A stretch of DNA of 64,000 bases from Macrostomum lignano (Eukaryota), in NCBI GenBank assembly GCA_002269645.1, contig NIVC01000506.1, forward strand, positions 186,001 to 250,000, read 5' to 3'. The stretch's first letter is position 1; each line of letters begins with the position of its first letter. The translations under genes were made by a program, and so were the position numbers. This document shows positions 11,879 through 32,030 of this stretch, piece after piece. The notes beneath the pieces were generated by a model. The model did not search any database. It was not told the DNA's origin and saw only the letters and a program-made list of their open reading frames with translations.

Positions 11879-13453
11879 CACCATTTTACCCTCGATTTTG
11901 AACAAGGAGAACTTCGAAACTGACAAACTCCTCTTCAATATTGACACTCTATGGTCGGGCACTCAAAATCTACAATCAATATTGACAGATCAAGCTTCAA
12001 TTTTGACAAACTCTGGTTCAATTTTGACAATGCACGTTTAGTCAACTTCTCCTGGGAGAATTCGGTAACAAAGTAATCAAATGAAAGCCTGAACGGGGCG
12101 AAAGTTATCTGTGCAAAATCAGCTGATTCTGACTTTTGGGATCTACAAGTATTGATAAAAAAATTTTCTCCATCCTTTTACACACAGACTAAAATATCCT
12201 GACTGGTTGGGCCGCAAAGTCCGATTCTATTTTGACAGAGTTGCTTCAAAACTGACACTCCATGGTTTGTGTACCCCAAAACTCCGCTTCATTTTTGACA
12301 ACTCCTAATCAATATTGAACAGTTTACAATCAGTTTTGACTGCTACCTTATTACTTCTGTTCTTGGTTGTGTATGTTTCAGAAAAAAAGCCGTAAACACG
12401 TAGCATTGTTAAAGATTCAAAAGAAGTATTGTACTCGTATTTTTAATAACACGCATTTGTTAGATTTCTAGGTTAGGTTAAGTATCTGGACATGGGCGGC
12501 GGGAGCTTGCGGCATCCCCTGCACGATTTCATGTGCCATGGTCCTCCTTCTCTTTATCCCCAACTGATTCGCCAGGTGCACAAAGTCGTTTCGGTTCTCA
12601 TGAGCAGAAATCAGGCGCTTTCGGTCCTGGAAGGACACAGACCGATTTTTGCGGCGGCCAGGCTGTTTCTGCTCCTCTTCAAAAAACCTTAAGTGGCGTC
12701 GCTATCAATCCTCCTGACTAAATTAGTGCTTCAGATTAGCGATTAAAAGTGACAAAACACGAGCAGAGCGAGAACTGCTTTCCTGCTCTTATGAATTCCT
12801 CCGTGACAAGATGTGCATTCGTTGGTCTGACCAACCATCTATGATAAAAACTGAAGCGTAGCCAATTAGATTCGAGGTACAGGCTGCCTCTAGACATGAA
12901 CAAAAACAAACTGCCATAGACAAAAGACTGCCTCGAAATTTCCAAGCTTAAGGGTTCTTAGTTAGAATTGTCAAAATCTTAAGCAAAAAGTCAAAACTGA
13001 TTGTAAACTGTTCAATATTGATTAGGAGTTGTCAAAAATGAAGCGGAGTTTTGGGGTACACAAACCATGGAGTGTCAGTTTTGAAGCAACTCTGTCAAAA
13101 TAGAATCGGACTTTGCGGCCCAACCAGTCAGGATATTTTAGTCTCTGTGTGTAAAAGGATGGAGAAAATTTTTTTATCAATACTTGTAGATCCCAAAAGT
13201 CAGAATCAGCTGATTTTGCACAGATAACTTTCGCCCCGTTCAGGCTTTCATTTGATTACTTTGTTACCGAATTCTCCCAGGAGAAGTTGACTAAACGTGC
13301 ATTGTCAAAATTGAACCAGAGTTTGTCAAAATTGAAGCTTGATCTGTCAATATTGATTGTAGATTTTGAGTGCCCGACCATAGAGTGTCAATATTGAAGA
13401 GGAGTTTGTCAGTTTCGAAGTTCTCCTTGTTCAAAATCAAGGGTAAAATGGTG
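11879..13453. mobile_element. Non-autonomous DNA transposon (1575 bp) with about 462/464-bp TIRs and TA TSD, inserted in the 5' LTR; Tc1/IS630-derived
   Basis: Ends CACCATTTTACCC ... GGGTAAAATGGTG. TIRs at 11879-12340 and 12990-13453. TA duplicated (11877-78, 13454-55) relative to the intact 3' LTR. Internal minus-strand HTH remnant. Confidence 0.92.
12522..12683 (-). pseudogene. Transposase N-terminal HTH remnant inside the long-TIR element
   Basis: Translates FEEEQKQPGRRKNRSVSFQDRKRLISAHENRNDFVHLANQLGIKRRRTMAHEIV, resembling Tc1-family N-termini (S.EDR.R+I.A.E.G.D+..+A..LGI.R.TA..IV). Confidence 0.55.
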
Positions 13454-13480
13454 TATAACATTCATATCCAAAACATAACA

Positions 13481-13490
13481 TGGTGTCAGA
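13481..13490 (+). other. Primer-binding site TGGTGTCAGA
   Basis: Directly follows the 5' LTR CA. Complementary to the 3' end of tRNA-Leu(CAA)-type tRNAs (..TCTGACACCA). Confidence 0.75.
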
Positions 13491-13539
13491 GGAAACCGTA
13501 AAAGTGCAACTTCAATTCGAGTTCCACTAAAGCATACAT

Positions 13540-16500
13540 ATGGCTGATTCTGGAAGCCTAAAGCCGCCTGCACCATTTTCCTTTGATGAAAACAAAACCG
13601 AGAAATGGCAAAAGTGGATCAACGGTTTCAAACTATTCCTCACGGCGACTAAGAGAGAAAAAGAGGCCGACGAGGTCAAGACAGTAATTCTCCTCACGGC
13701 ATTGGGTGAACATGGTAGAGATATTTACGATACGCTAGATTTGACTGAAGGTAATTCATTTGACCAAATTGTTGCCGCATTTGAGAAATTCTGCAAGCCG
13801 CTGGACTGTGAAACATTCGAAAGATACAAGTTCAGAATGCGCACACAGCAGCAATTCGAAGAATTCGATCACTATCTTGGCGAGCTGCGAACACTCATAA
13901 AACAATGCAATTTTGCAAAGCCAATGGCATCCGAAACAATCGAAAATGCAATTCTAAGAGACCAAATCGTGTATGGAGTGCACAATCCTTCGGTCAGGGA
14001 GAGGCTATTGGAACAGGACAAGCTGACGCTCGAGAAGGCAATCGCATTGTGTCGAGCATGTGAAGCATCCAAAGTGCAAGCACAGAAAATGATCGGTAAG
14101 GCGTGTGAAAACCCAAGACCAAGTGTGGATACAGTTAAAAAATGGCACCCACGGCAAAGCACCAGAGAAACCGAGTGAGAAACTCCTCCCAAGGCTCCCG
14201 CAAGGACTCGCATCAGGGCAGAACCAGCTGCAGATACTGCGGAAAACAGCACACCTTTGGTAGTAAGCACTGTCCTGCATTTGGAAAGCTGTGTAGTAAT
14301 TGTGGAAGAAAGAACCATTTTATAGCCATGAGTCAGCAAAAGTTTCGAAATAACCCTACAAGACATGTCAGACTGGTAGATGAACATGATGACGAAAATG
14401 ACGAAGACACAGGAGGCAGCTTAACAAAATCATGGGTTGTATCTTCAGTTGCTAGCTGTGACCAGATGGCTGGAAATAATGAAAATAAGACCGCTCGCAC
14501 GAACAGCAAGACAATCGCGAGTGTACTGGTTGAGGATCGTCAGTTGATTTCGTTTAAAATCGACACAGGAGCCGATGTTAACATTATGTCTGCAAAAAGA
14601 CTTAGGCAGATTACCAAGAAGGAATACCGAGAGGATAGAAGCACACAGTTAGTTGTGTACAACAAACAGAGGCTGACAGTTTTGGGACAAATTCAACTGC
14701 TTCTAAGACACCAAAATGAAGAAATTCAAGCAAAATTCTTTGTCATTGCTGAAGATATTATGCCATTGCTTGAGACAAATACAGCAGAGAGTCTCGGACT
14801 GATACGGATACTGCATGCTGTTCAACAGGATGTACCGGTATCGGAAGAACCACTTACAAAGGAAGTGATTTTGAAAGAATACGCCGATGTCTTTGAAGGG
14901 CTAGGTTGTCTGCCAGGAACACACCATATAGTTTTACAGACGAACGCTGTTCCCAGAGTTCAGGGTCCAAGAAAAGTTCCGTTTGCAGCATTGAAAGCAT
15001 TAAGAGATGAGCTGCATCGCCTCAGTGAGCAAGGAATGATTTCCCAGTGTTCGCACCCCACGGAGTGGGTATCCAACGTTGTGGTTGTGTGGAAGCCTGA
15101 CAGTTCTGTGCGTCTCTGTCTCGATCCGCAAAGTCTAAACGAGTTCATCATTCGAGACCGGTACCCAATTCCATCATATAATGAAATGATTAGCAAGATG
15201 ACTGGCGCAAAGTTTTATTCAACTTTTGATGCTACAGCAGGATTTCATCAAGTAGCTTTAGATCATGAAAGCTCTCTTCTAACCGCATTTCATACACCTT
15301 TCGGAGTCTACAGGTGGAACAGACTGCCATTCGGATTCAAGGATGCTCCAGAGGCGTATCAGAGAAAAATCAGATCACGAGTCATGTTGCAAACTCCGCA
15401 AACTATATTGACGATATAATCGTGTGGGGCAGAACAAGAAAAGAGCATGATGACTCGGTGAGGCAACTGCTACAGCAGTGCAAGGATAAGAATTTAAAGC
15501 TAAACAAGACCAAAGCTAAAATCGGACAGCGAGAGTTGAAATTCCTAGGACATATTCTAACCAGCGAAGGAGTCAAGATCGATCCGGAAAAGATACGAAG
15601 CATCAAAGACATGCCGCATCCGAAAAGTTACTCCCAGATATCTGAAAAAGCCGCGCAACTACAAAGATTCATCGGCAGCGCAAACTTCTTGTCGAAGTTC
15701 ATACCAAATTTCTCAGCGCTTGCTTCACCTTTGCGACAGTTACTGAAAAAAGATGTAGCGTGGAACTGGGGAAAACGGCAGGAAGAAGCATATGAAACAA
15801 TTAAGGAATCACTGTGCAAAGCTCCACTATTGGGACAATTTAACCCAGATCAGAGTGTCATTCTAAGTGTAGATGCCAGTAAAGATGGACTCGGAGCCGC
15901 ATTGATGCAAGATGGACACGTCATTGAATACGCATCGTCATCGATGACTCCTGCTCAAAAGAAATATGCTCAAATCGAAAAAGAATTCTTGGCAATAGTC
16001 TTTGGATGTCGCAGATTTCGACAATACTTATGGGGTCGGCACGTACAGGTTGAATCAGATCACAAGCCCCTGCAATTCATTATGAAAAAGCCACTGAGTG
16101 AACTATCAGCTCGACTGCAGCGACTAGCTTTGAAAATTCAAGAATTCGATCTCAATGTGACGTATGTACCCGGAAAAGAACTATACCTTGCGGATACACT
16201 AAGCCGCGCTTATCTGAAATCCGTACATTCATCCAATGATATTGATGATGACATTCAGTGCCAAATACTTGGAGTAGCTTGTGTATGCCTACCAGACAAC
16301 TTGCTAAAGGACATCCAGCATCACACAAATGCTGATGATTTATGTCATAAGCTAAAGGACCAGATTCGAGAGGGTTGGCCAGATGCTAATCCCAAATAGC
16401 TGAAGAACTGAAGCCATTCTGGAATATTCGGCATGAACTGATGGAGAATGACAGACTCATATACAAGAGCAGCAAAATATTCATTCCTGATGCAATGCAA

Positions 16501-17628
16501 AGACAAATGCTTCAAATCCTCCATGAAAGTCATCAAGGCGTGGAAAAGACGTTGATGAAGGCTACTGAATCTGTATTTTGGCCTCGAATGCGCCATGACA
16601 TTGAGCAATACATTTCTTCATGCGAAAAATGCCAAAGTTACCAAGCTCTTCATCAAAAAGAATCCATGAAAATGGTTGAAATACCTGAGTATCCATTTCA
16701 AGAGTGTGGAACTGACATTTTCTATTGGAAAGGGGAAACACACATTGTCCTGGTTGACAGGTTAAGTCGATGGATCTGCACTGATAAGATCACGACAACA
16801 TCAGCAGAGTGCGTCATAAAACAGCTGTCACAATATTTTGCTACCTATGGTACTCCAGAAGTGATAAGATGTGACAACGGACCTCCATTTGGATCCAACA
16901 GGTTTAAAGAGTTTGCTGAACAGAAAGGTATACAAATTAGGACATCGTCGCCAAAATATCCACAATCAAATGGCCTAACAGAAAGAGCTGTTCAGACAGT
17001 TAAAGGATTTCTAAACAAAGCAGAAGATATAAATTGTGCATTACTACACTATCGGAATACGCCAATTGAAAGAGGGCTACCGACACCGGCTGAGCTAGTG
17101 ATGGGACGAAAGCTCAGATATCAACTGCCACTGCCCATTGAACAGCTGAAACCAAGACAAGTCTGGACAAAACGTGAACTAGAGATTTTGGCAGAGAAGA
17201 ACAGTAAACAGGCATTCTACTACAATCGCACTGCACGAGACCTACGACCGTTTAAAGAAGGAGATCAGGTGTGGATGCAAGAAGATCGAAGACAATGGAT
17301 TCCTGCAGAAATCGTGAAACCTGATGTCACTGACCCAGACAGGTCATACAAAGTTCGAACTGCTACAGGTCGTGAATTCAGAAGAAATCGCAGATTTCTG
17401 GCAAAGCGCAATACAGACCGCAGAATGCAGACCATACCAGAGTATTCAAGGATTCAACTACCTAATCAGGATTCTAACAATGGAACGATTCAGACTTCCA
17501 GCTCAGACGCTCATGCATCCAATACAGTACACAGTTCTCAGCTGGATTCTGGAAAATCTGGTGGAACAAAATACATTACACGATATGGACGTGAAGTAAA
17601 GCCAACTCAATTTTACAAGGCTACATAA
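13540..17628 (+). pseudogene. gag-pol polyprotein with three frameshifts (about 14140, 15367, 16395)
   Basis: Gag LKPPAPFSF..KWQKW; zinc knuckles CRYCGKQH..C and CSNCGRKNH; protease FKIDTGAD; RT YIDD (15404-15415); RNase H VDASKDGLGA/EKEFLAI/SDHKPL; integrase H-H-C-C plus D,D35E (GTDIF, CDNGPPF, SNGLTER). Confidence 0.93.
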
Positions 17629-17706
17629 TTATATGCACTCAAACTGAACTAACTGACAATGCCATTTTCATTCATTCATCCATTAATGCGTATGACACTT
17701 CTTTTT

Positions 17707-17719
17707 GGAAAAAAAGGGA
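17707..17719 (+). other. Polypurine tract GGAAAAAAAGGGA
   Basis: Immediately precedes the 3' LTR TG at 17720. Confidence 0.9.
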
Positions 17720-18763
17720 TGTCGCAGACAGACCGAATTAAGTTGTCTATGACCTTAGCTTTATGTCTTTATAAGCTAAATATACGAGAGCTGCAGATAC
17801 GAACTAAGCGCAGCACAGACGGCTATGCCGTAATATAACATTCATATCCAAAACATAACAGCAGCCAATGAAAAGAGCGCACTCAATGATGCGTGTACAT
17901 CTGCTTGTGTACTTTTGTACGCTTGGCGACCTTCGCTGGCTGAACTGGCTGAAGATTTACCTATAATAATAGGTAAAATAATAATATAATAGTAATACGT
18001 ATAATAATATTTTTTATGATACTTGAAATCTTGAAACCGAGAACGAATAAAAGCGTACGAGGACTTAAGCCTTACTGCCAATTTTAATGGGGGCAAGGTG
18101 TTCTTGTTCTACAGTAAGTAGCATTCACTCCAATTTATATTTCACGTAGTTGTTGTCATCTATAGATAGATTTTAATTACCATCGCTGTGGCTCTCCCTC
18201 TACTTGGAGACCGTGCTCACTGCCCATCACAGTCTCCGGCAGAAAAGCACCCTTCTTCCTCGGCTTTCTCTCTCTCTCTCTGTCTCTCTCTTCCTCACGC
18301 ACTCAGGGAAGAGAGGAAATTTTGGGCGCTGAGCAGGGATGAGAGACGAGAATTGGATTCGGCCCCTGTTGGCGGTGCGCGCTGTCCCCTGTAAAATGAG
18401 CCAGAGACACAGACAGGTTTCTTGCGCACACCCACCTCTACCCAACATACACTGACTATAGCGTACGCGAAGATAAGAACAAAAAAGAACTGGCTAGCTT
18501 TACATTCACTAAGAATGTCAGGAAACAAACACGCGCGCGCACTAGCACAGCCCTATTTCTAGCTATATGTTATATCAAAGCCTGCTATTACCAGTTTAAC
18601 ACGGTGATAGCAGCACACACTTCGCACGCTCTGCAAGAAGCACAACTTCGTCAAGACAAACAGGCGTTCATCTCAAACTTTTATACAAACCAGAAACCGT
18701 ATCGAACTCAGTTGGAGTTACGCAAGCAATATTGTTTGAAAGCGCAATTGATGCTGCGCCCGA

Positions 18764-20143
18764 ATGCAGCACCTCCTGTGCAACTGGATTTTTCAGACAT
18801 CTAACCGCAGATGCGTGGCCGCGCTCGCTGTGCTGCTCAGTCTAAGCCTCTTTTACATCGGAATCAAACCCTGGATACGAACTCAAACTGTATTATTTGA
18901 TACAGAGGTAGTCGATGCGCCAAGCAGAAACACTGAGGTCTCAGACGAGCCGGCTCGCATGACTTCACAGAGCGCGCAGACTCCGAAGACAGGCCACAAG
19001 ACGGAATCACAGACTCCGAAGACAGTCCACAAGACGGACTCACAGACTCCGAAGACAGTCCACAAGACGGACTCACAGACTCCGAAGCCGTTGCAGAAGT
19101 CCAGCGCAATGAAGGAATCGGAAGAAAAACAAAAAGGCTTCAGCTCCTTGCCTGTTGACTCTAGAGCTCTAAAGAAAAACTTCCCGATGCTGAAGGAGGC
19201 TGCTAAGAAGCACAGCGGCAGGTACCACAGTCGACTGGACCAGATGATGGCCACCTACCTGCCAGCTGTCGACACCAGCGCATGGTCTCCGCACAGTCCC
19301 AGCGGCAAGAAGCTCACCATTGAGGAGGTCCATTCCGTGGCGAAGTCGACCATTCAGCCTGGATTCCAGGTGCCAAACATTGCTCACTTTGTCATGCCGT
19401 TCGGCGAAACCAACCTGCAGTTCCACCACATGGTCAGCCTCCTCAGCTGTCTGCACATAATGAAGCCTCACCGTCTGCTGCTGTGGTACGCTCCTGGCAA
19501 GCTGCCAAGCGGACATTGGTGGGACAGAGTCAGGAAGAATCTGACCGAGTCGGAGTGGGAAGAGAGGATCATATTCGTGCAGAGACCGATTCCCACATCC
19601 GTGTACACGGTTCCAGTTCACGGAAAAGAGCACCAGTCAGATGTGATGAGGCTTGAAGCTGTGCTCGTATTCGGAGGACTGTACATGGACATCGATGTCC
19701 TGGTTCTGAAACCGCTGGAGCCTCTTCGGAAATTCGTTTGCACCATTGGCAGGGAGGTTCCATACGGTCTGTGCAACGGCGTCTTCTTGTCCGCTCCTAG
19801 CGGGACGTTTCTGGCGATGTGGCACACGGCGTACCAGGTGTTCAACGATGAGGCTTGGGGCGAACACTCAGTGAAGCTTCCGCACTCGATGCAAGCCGCC
19901 TTCCCGGACCTGTGTCACGTGGAAGAGGAGAGCATGGACCGGCCGAACTGGACTCCGGAGGAGAGGACCTGGATCTACAATATAGGACAGCAGAGCAGGT
20001 GGGATTGGAGGACGAAGAACTACGTCATGCACCTGTGGTTTCGCCTGTACAATAAGCAGCACAGCATGGACAGCATACGAACGCTGAATTCAATGTACGG
20101 TGAGATGTGCCGTCGCATCTTGTATGGGAGCGGTCAGCCCTAA
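18764..20143 (+). CDS. GT32 glycosyltransferase copy 4, intact, with an extended stem carrying 11-aa repeats
   Basis: 459-aa ORF. TM segment VAALAVLLSLSLFYIGI. SQTPKTVHKTD repeats. GGLYMDIDV. Confidence 0.87.
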   Translation: MQHLLCNWIFQTSNRRCVAALAVLLSLSLFYIGIKPWIRTQTVLFDTEVVDAPSRNTEVSDEPARMTSQSAQTPKTGHKTESQTPKTVHKTDSQTPKTVHKTDSQTPKPLQKSSAMKESEEKQKGFSSLPVDSRALKKNFPMLKEAAKKHSGRYHSRLDQMMATYLPAVDTSAWSPHSPSGKKLTIEEVHSVAKSTIQPGFQVPNIAHFVMPFGETNLQFHHMVSLLSCLHIMKPHRLLLWYAPGKLPSGHWWDRVRKNLTESEWEERIIFVQRPIPTSVYTVPVHGKEHQSDVMRLEAVLVFGGLYMDIDVLVLKPLEPLRKFVCTIGREVPYGLCNGVFLSAPSGTFLAMWHTAYQVFNDEAWGEHSVKLPHSMQAAFPDLCHVEEESMDRPNWTPEERTWIYNIGQQSRWDWRTKNYVMHLWFRLYNKQHSMDSIRTLNSMYGEMCRRILYGSGQP

Positions 20144-20286
20144 TTAACTTGAACTTAACTTTAGTTTGTCATTTAGCACAATATGAAAGTCAAAGAGCTT
20201 TCAGAGTGTTTGCTAGCTTTTTCTTCTGTAATGCTCTTTACCTGACCTTACCTGACTAGCCTCATTATTTGTATTCCGATTCCTGA

Positions 20287-20643
20287 CTTACATGGCCTTT
20301 ACCAGCACTTTCACAAATCTGAAGCATCAGCAAAAATCTTACATGGCCTTTATCAGCACTTTCACAAATCTGAAGCATCAGCAAAAATCTTACATGGCCT
20401 TTACCAGCACTTTCACAAATCTGAAGCATCAGCAAAAATCTTACATGGCCTTTACCAGCACTTTCACAAATCTGAAGCATCAGCAAAAATCTTACATTGC
20501 CTTTACCAGCACTTTCACAAATCTGAAGCATCAGCAAAAATCTTACATGGCCTTTACCAGCACTTTCACAAATCTGAAGCATCAGCAAAAATCTTACATG
20601 GCCTTTACCAGCACTTTCACAAATCTGAAGCATCAGCAAAAAT
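20287..20643. repeat. 51-bp minisatellite, 7 copies, starting about 145 nt downstream of the copy 4 stop
   Basis: CTTACATGGCCTTTACCAGCACTTTCACAAATCTGAAGCATCAGCAAAAAT repeated. Confidence 0.95.
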
Positions 20644-21560
20644 ACTGTGCGAGACACAGCGAAGAATCACAAAAAAATCCACGGTAAGGTTATCAATTAC
20701 TTTAGTTTCAAAAAGCGAGAATTGCAAATTCAGTAAGAAACGGCTGTGCTACGAGTAATATCCTCCATGGCTGTAAATATTCTTTTATTTTAACATTTAT
20801 TTTGACATTAACGCCGTTTAGCAGAGCTTACTCACTCAAAAATATACAAGCCAAAAATCAATGACATCCATTCTGGAATAAAGAACGGACTATTCTGACT
20901 TTTTGAGGTCGCGACTCTGCTTCTATTGCCTGCTCTCCATGTCGAGTGTTATCTTATCCAGCAATGGCACGTACACTTCCTCCTCCTTGCGTAGCATGAA
21001 ATAATTCAATGAGCTTGTCTGAAGAGTTGCATTTGCATTTCCCTTGGATACCAAGAGAGCGAATTTTGGACAGTGAATCGCATTTGTTTCATTTGAAATT
21101 CTCGCCAAAGGTTACATCGATAAATAACCTCTCAGCATGATTAAAAATACCTTCGAGCATCGTAAACTGTTTTAGTTCAACCTAAAACGTACTTTAAAGA
21201 ACCTTTGACTCGTATCTCTGATTGATTTTTTTAAAGGTTTTGTTTAACAATTGTTTAGAAGTCTCCCCGCCTCGGTCCGTCGTGACGTCTTTGGATGGCT
21301 GAATGGTGTCTGTGAAACCTGTTTTGTTTCCTGCGTGTGCGGGTATTTGATATGCATCAGGCCACACGGAAACCCTTGCTACCATATATTTATAGCATTA
21401 CTGACAAGTCAATTTAGCAATGAAAATTCACACACAAAATAATAGAGGAGTCACTGAAGCTGTAGCTCTTTATTTTTATGCAAAGCACAAATGTTTTTTT
21501 TTAAAGCTGATTTTCAGGAAATTACAGAGTGCGGTCTATTTTCTTTGTGATTTGGAGAGG

Positions 21561-21878
21561 GAGAGCAGCGGTGGGAGGCAGGAGGGAGGCAGGGCAGCGG
21601 TGGGAGGCGGGGAGAGGGAGGCAGGGCAGCGGTGGGGGCGGGGAGAGGGAGGCAGGGCAGCGGTGGGGGCGGGGAGAGGGAGGCAGGGCAGCGGTGGGAG
21701 GCGGGGAGAGGGAGGCAGGGCAGCGGTGGGGGCGGGGAGAGGGAGGCAGGGCAGCGGTGGGAGAGGGAGGCAGGGCAGCGGTGGGAGAGCGGGCAGAGGG
21801 AGAGCAGGGCAGCGGTGGGGGCGGGGAGAGGGAGGCAGGGCAGCGGTGGGAGGCGGGGAGAGGGAGGCAGGGCAGCGG
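21561..21878. repeat. G-rich ~31-33-bp minisatellite (GGAGGCAGGGCAGCGGTGGG..GGGGAGAG), G-quadruplex-prone
   Basis: Direct reading. Confidence 0.92.
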
Positions 21879-22154
21879 AAAAGGATTTACATATACAACA
21901 CAAACGCATAAATAAGAGTACCAAAAAGGTAGTACAGGATAAAAGATGCACTAGCAACTATTTGTGCTGTCAAGCTAGACGCAAAACGCCAGCAAGATCC
22001 TTTGAGAAGCCAAAGTACCAGCAATACTAAACCGCATCAGCTGTGTGCGCTAATTGTCTAAGTGCTTCAGAGCGTTTGCACACATTTCAGTTCTGATATC
22101 GTCGGTTTGAGAATTCATATTTTATAACTTCTCTCTTTGCTTATGAGTCTCACC

Positions 22155-23346
22155 GACTTGACAAGAGAAACGCAGGTAATCGGGGCAGATTGACAAGAGA
22201 AACGCAGGTGATCGGGGCAGATTGACAAGAGAAACGCAGGTGATCGGGGCAAATAGAAACGCAGGTGATCGGGGCAAATAGAAACGCAGGTGATCGGGGC
22301 AGATTGAAACGCAGGTGATCGGGGCAGATTGACAAGAGAAACGCAGGTGATCGGGGCAGATTGACAAGAGAAACGCAGGTGATCGGGGCAGATTGACAAG
22401 AGAAACGCAGGTGATCGGGGCAGATTGACAAGAGAAACGCAGGTGATCGGGGCAAATAGAAACGCAGGTGATCGGGGCAGATTGACAAGAGAAACGCAGG
22501 TGATCGGGGCAAATAGAAACGCAGGTGATCGGGGCAGATTGACAAGAGAAACGCAGGTGATCGGGGCAGATTGACAAGAGAAACGCAGGTGATCAGGGCA
22601 GATTGACAAGAGAAACGCAGGTGATCGGGGCAGATTGACAAGAGAAACGCAGGTGATCGGGGCAGATTGACAAGAGAAACGCAGGTGATCGGGGCAGATT
22701 GACAAGAGAAACGCAGGTGATCGGGGCAGATTGACAAGAGAAACGCAGGTGATCGGGGCAGATTGACAAGAGAAACGCAGGTGATCGGGGCAGATTGACA
22801 AGAGAAACGCAGGTGATCGGGGCAAATAGAAACGCAGGTGATCGGGGCAGATTGACAAGAGAAACGCAGGTGATCGGGGCAAATAGAAACGCAGGTGATC
22901 GGGCAGATTGACAAGAGAAACGCAGGTGATCGGGGCAGATTGACAAGAGAAACGCAGGTGATCGGGGCAGATTGACAAGAGAAACGCAGGTGATCGGGGC
23001 AAATAGAAACGCAGGTGATCGGGGCAGATTGACAAGAGAAACGCAGGTGATCGGGGCAGATTGACAAGAGAAACGCAGGTGATCGGGGCAAATAGAAACG
23101 CAGGTGATCGGGGCAAATAGAAACGCAGGTGATCGGGGCAGATTGACAAGAGAAACGCAGGTGATCGGGGCAGATTGACAAGAGAAACGCAGGTGATCGG
23201 GGCAGATTGACAAGAGAAACGCAGGTGATCGGGGCAGATTGACAAGAGAAACGCAGGTGATCGGGGCAAATAGAAACGCAGGTGATCGGGGCAAATAGAA
23301 ACGCAGGTGATCGGGGCAAATAGAAACGCAGGTGATCGGGGCAGAT
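22155..23346. repeat. Minisatellite of interspersed 32-bp and 25-bp units sharing GAAACGCAGGTGATCGGGGC
   Basis: Two variants ending AGATTGACAAGA or AAATA. Lies about 100 nt past the GPCR stop codon. Confidence 0.95.
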
Positions 23347-23449
23347 TTGACAAAAACAAGAGAAGAAAAATTGAGTATAGAGATGGAGAAGACAGGATGA
23401 GACAGACAGCGAGCATTGCGATTCTCCGCACTGCCGCACACCTGCAGAG

Positions 23450-32030
<8,581 letters not shown>

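Larger units (their letters stand above)
11763..17860 (+). mobile_element. Complete Ty3/gypsy LTR retrotransposon (Mag-like), about 4.5 kb excluding the nested insertion
   Basis: 141-bp TG...CA LTRs with no differences seen by eye (5' LTR 11763-11878 + 13456-13480; 3' LTR 17720-17860). 5-bp TSD GCAGC at 11758-11762 and 17861-17865. PBS and PPT present. Domain order gag-PR-RT-RH-IN. Confidence 0.95.

Noticed and set aside
14130-14180. Programmed -1 gag-pol frameshift
   Set aside because: No canonical X XXY YYZ heptamer in the gag frame, and the shift falls before the zinc knuckles, which belong to Gag. Better explained as an indel.
17861-17870. LTR element inserted at a CCAAT box (AGCCAAT) upstream of GT32 copy 4
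   Set aside because: About 900 bp from the ATG with the TSS unknown. A 7-mer match is expected by chance.
20900-21390. Integrase-like TDRGGE fragment on the minus strand
   Set aside because: Single short motif with no surrounding DDE context or element ends.
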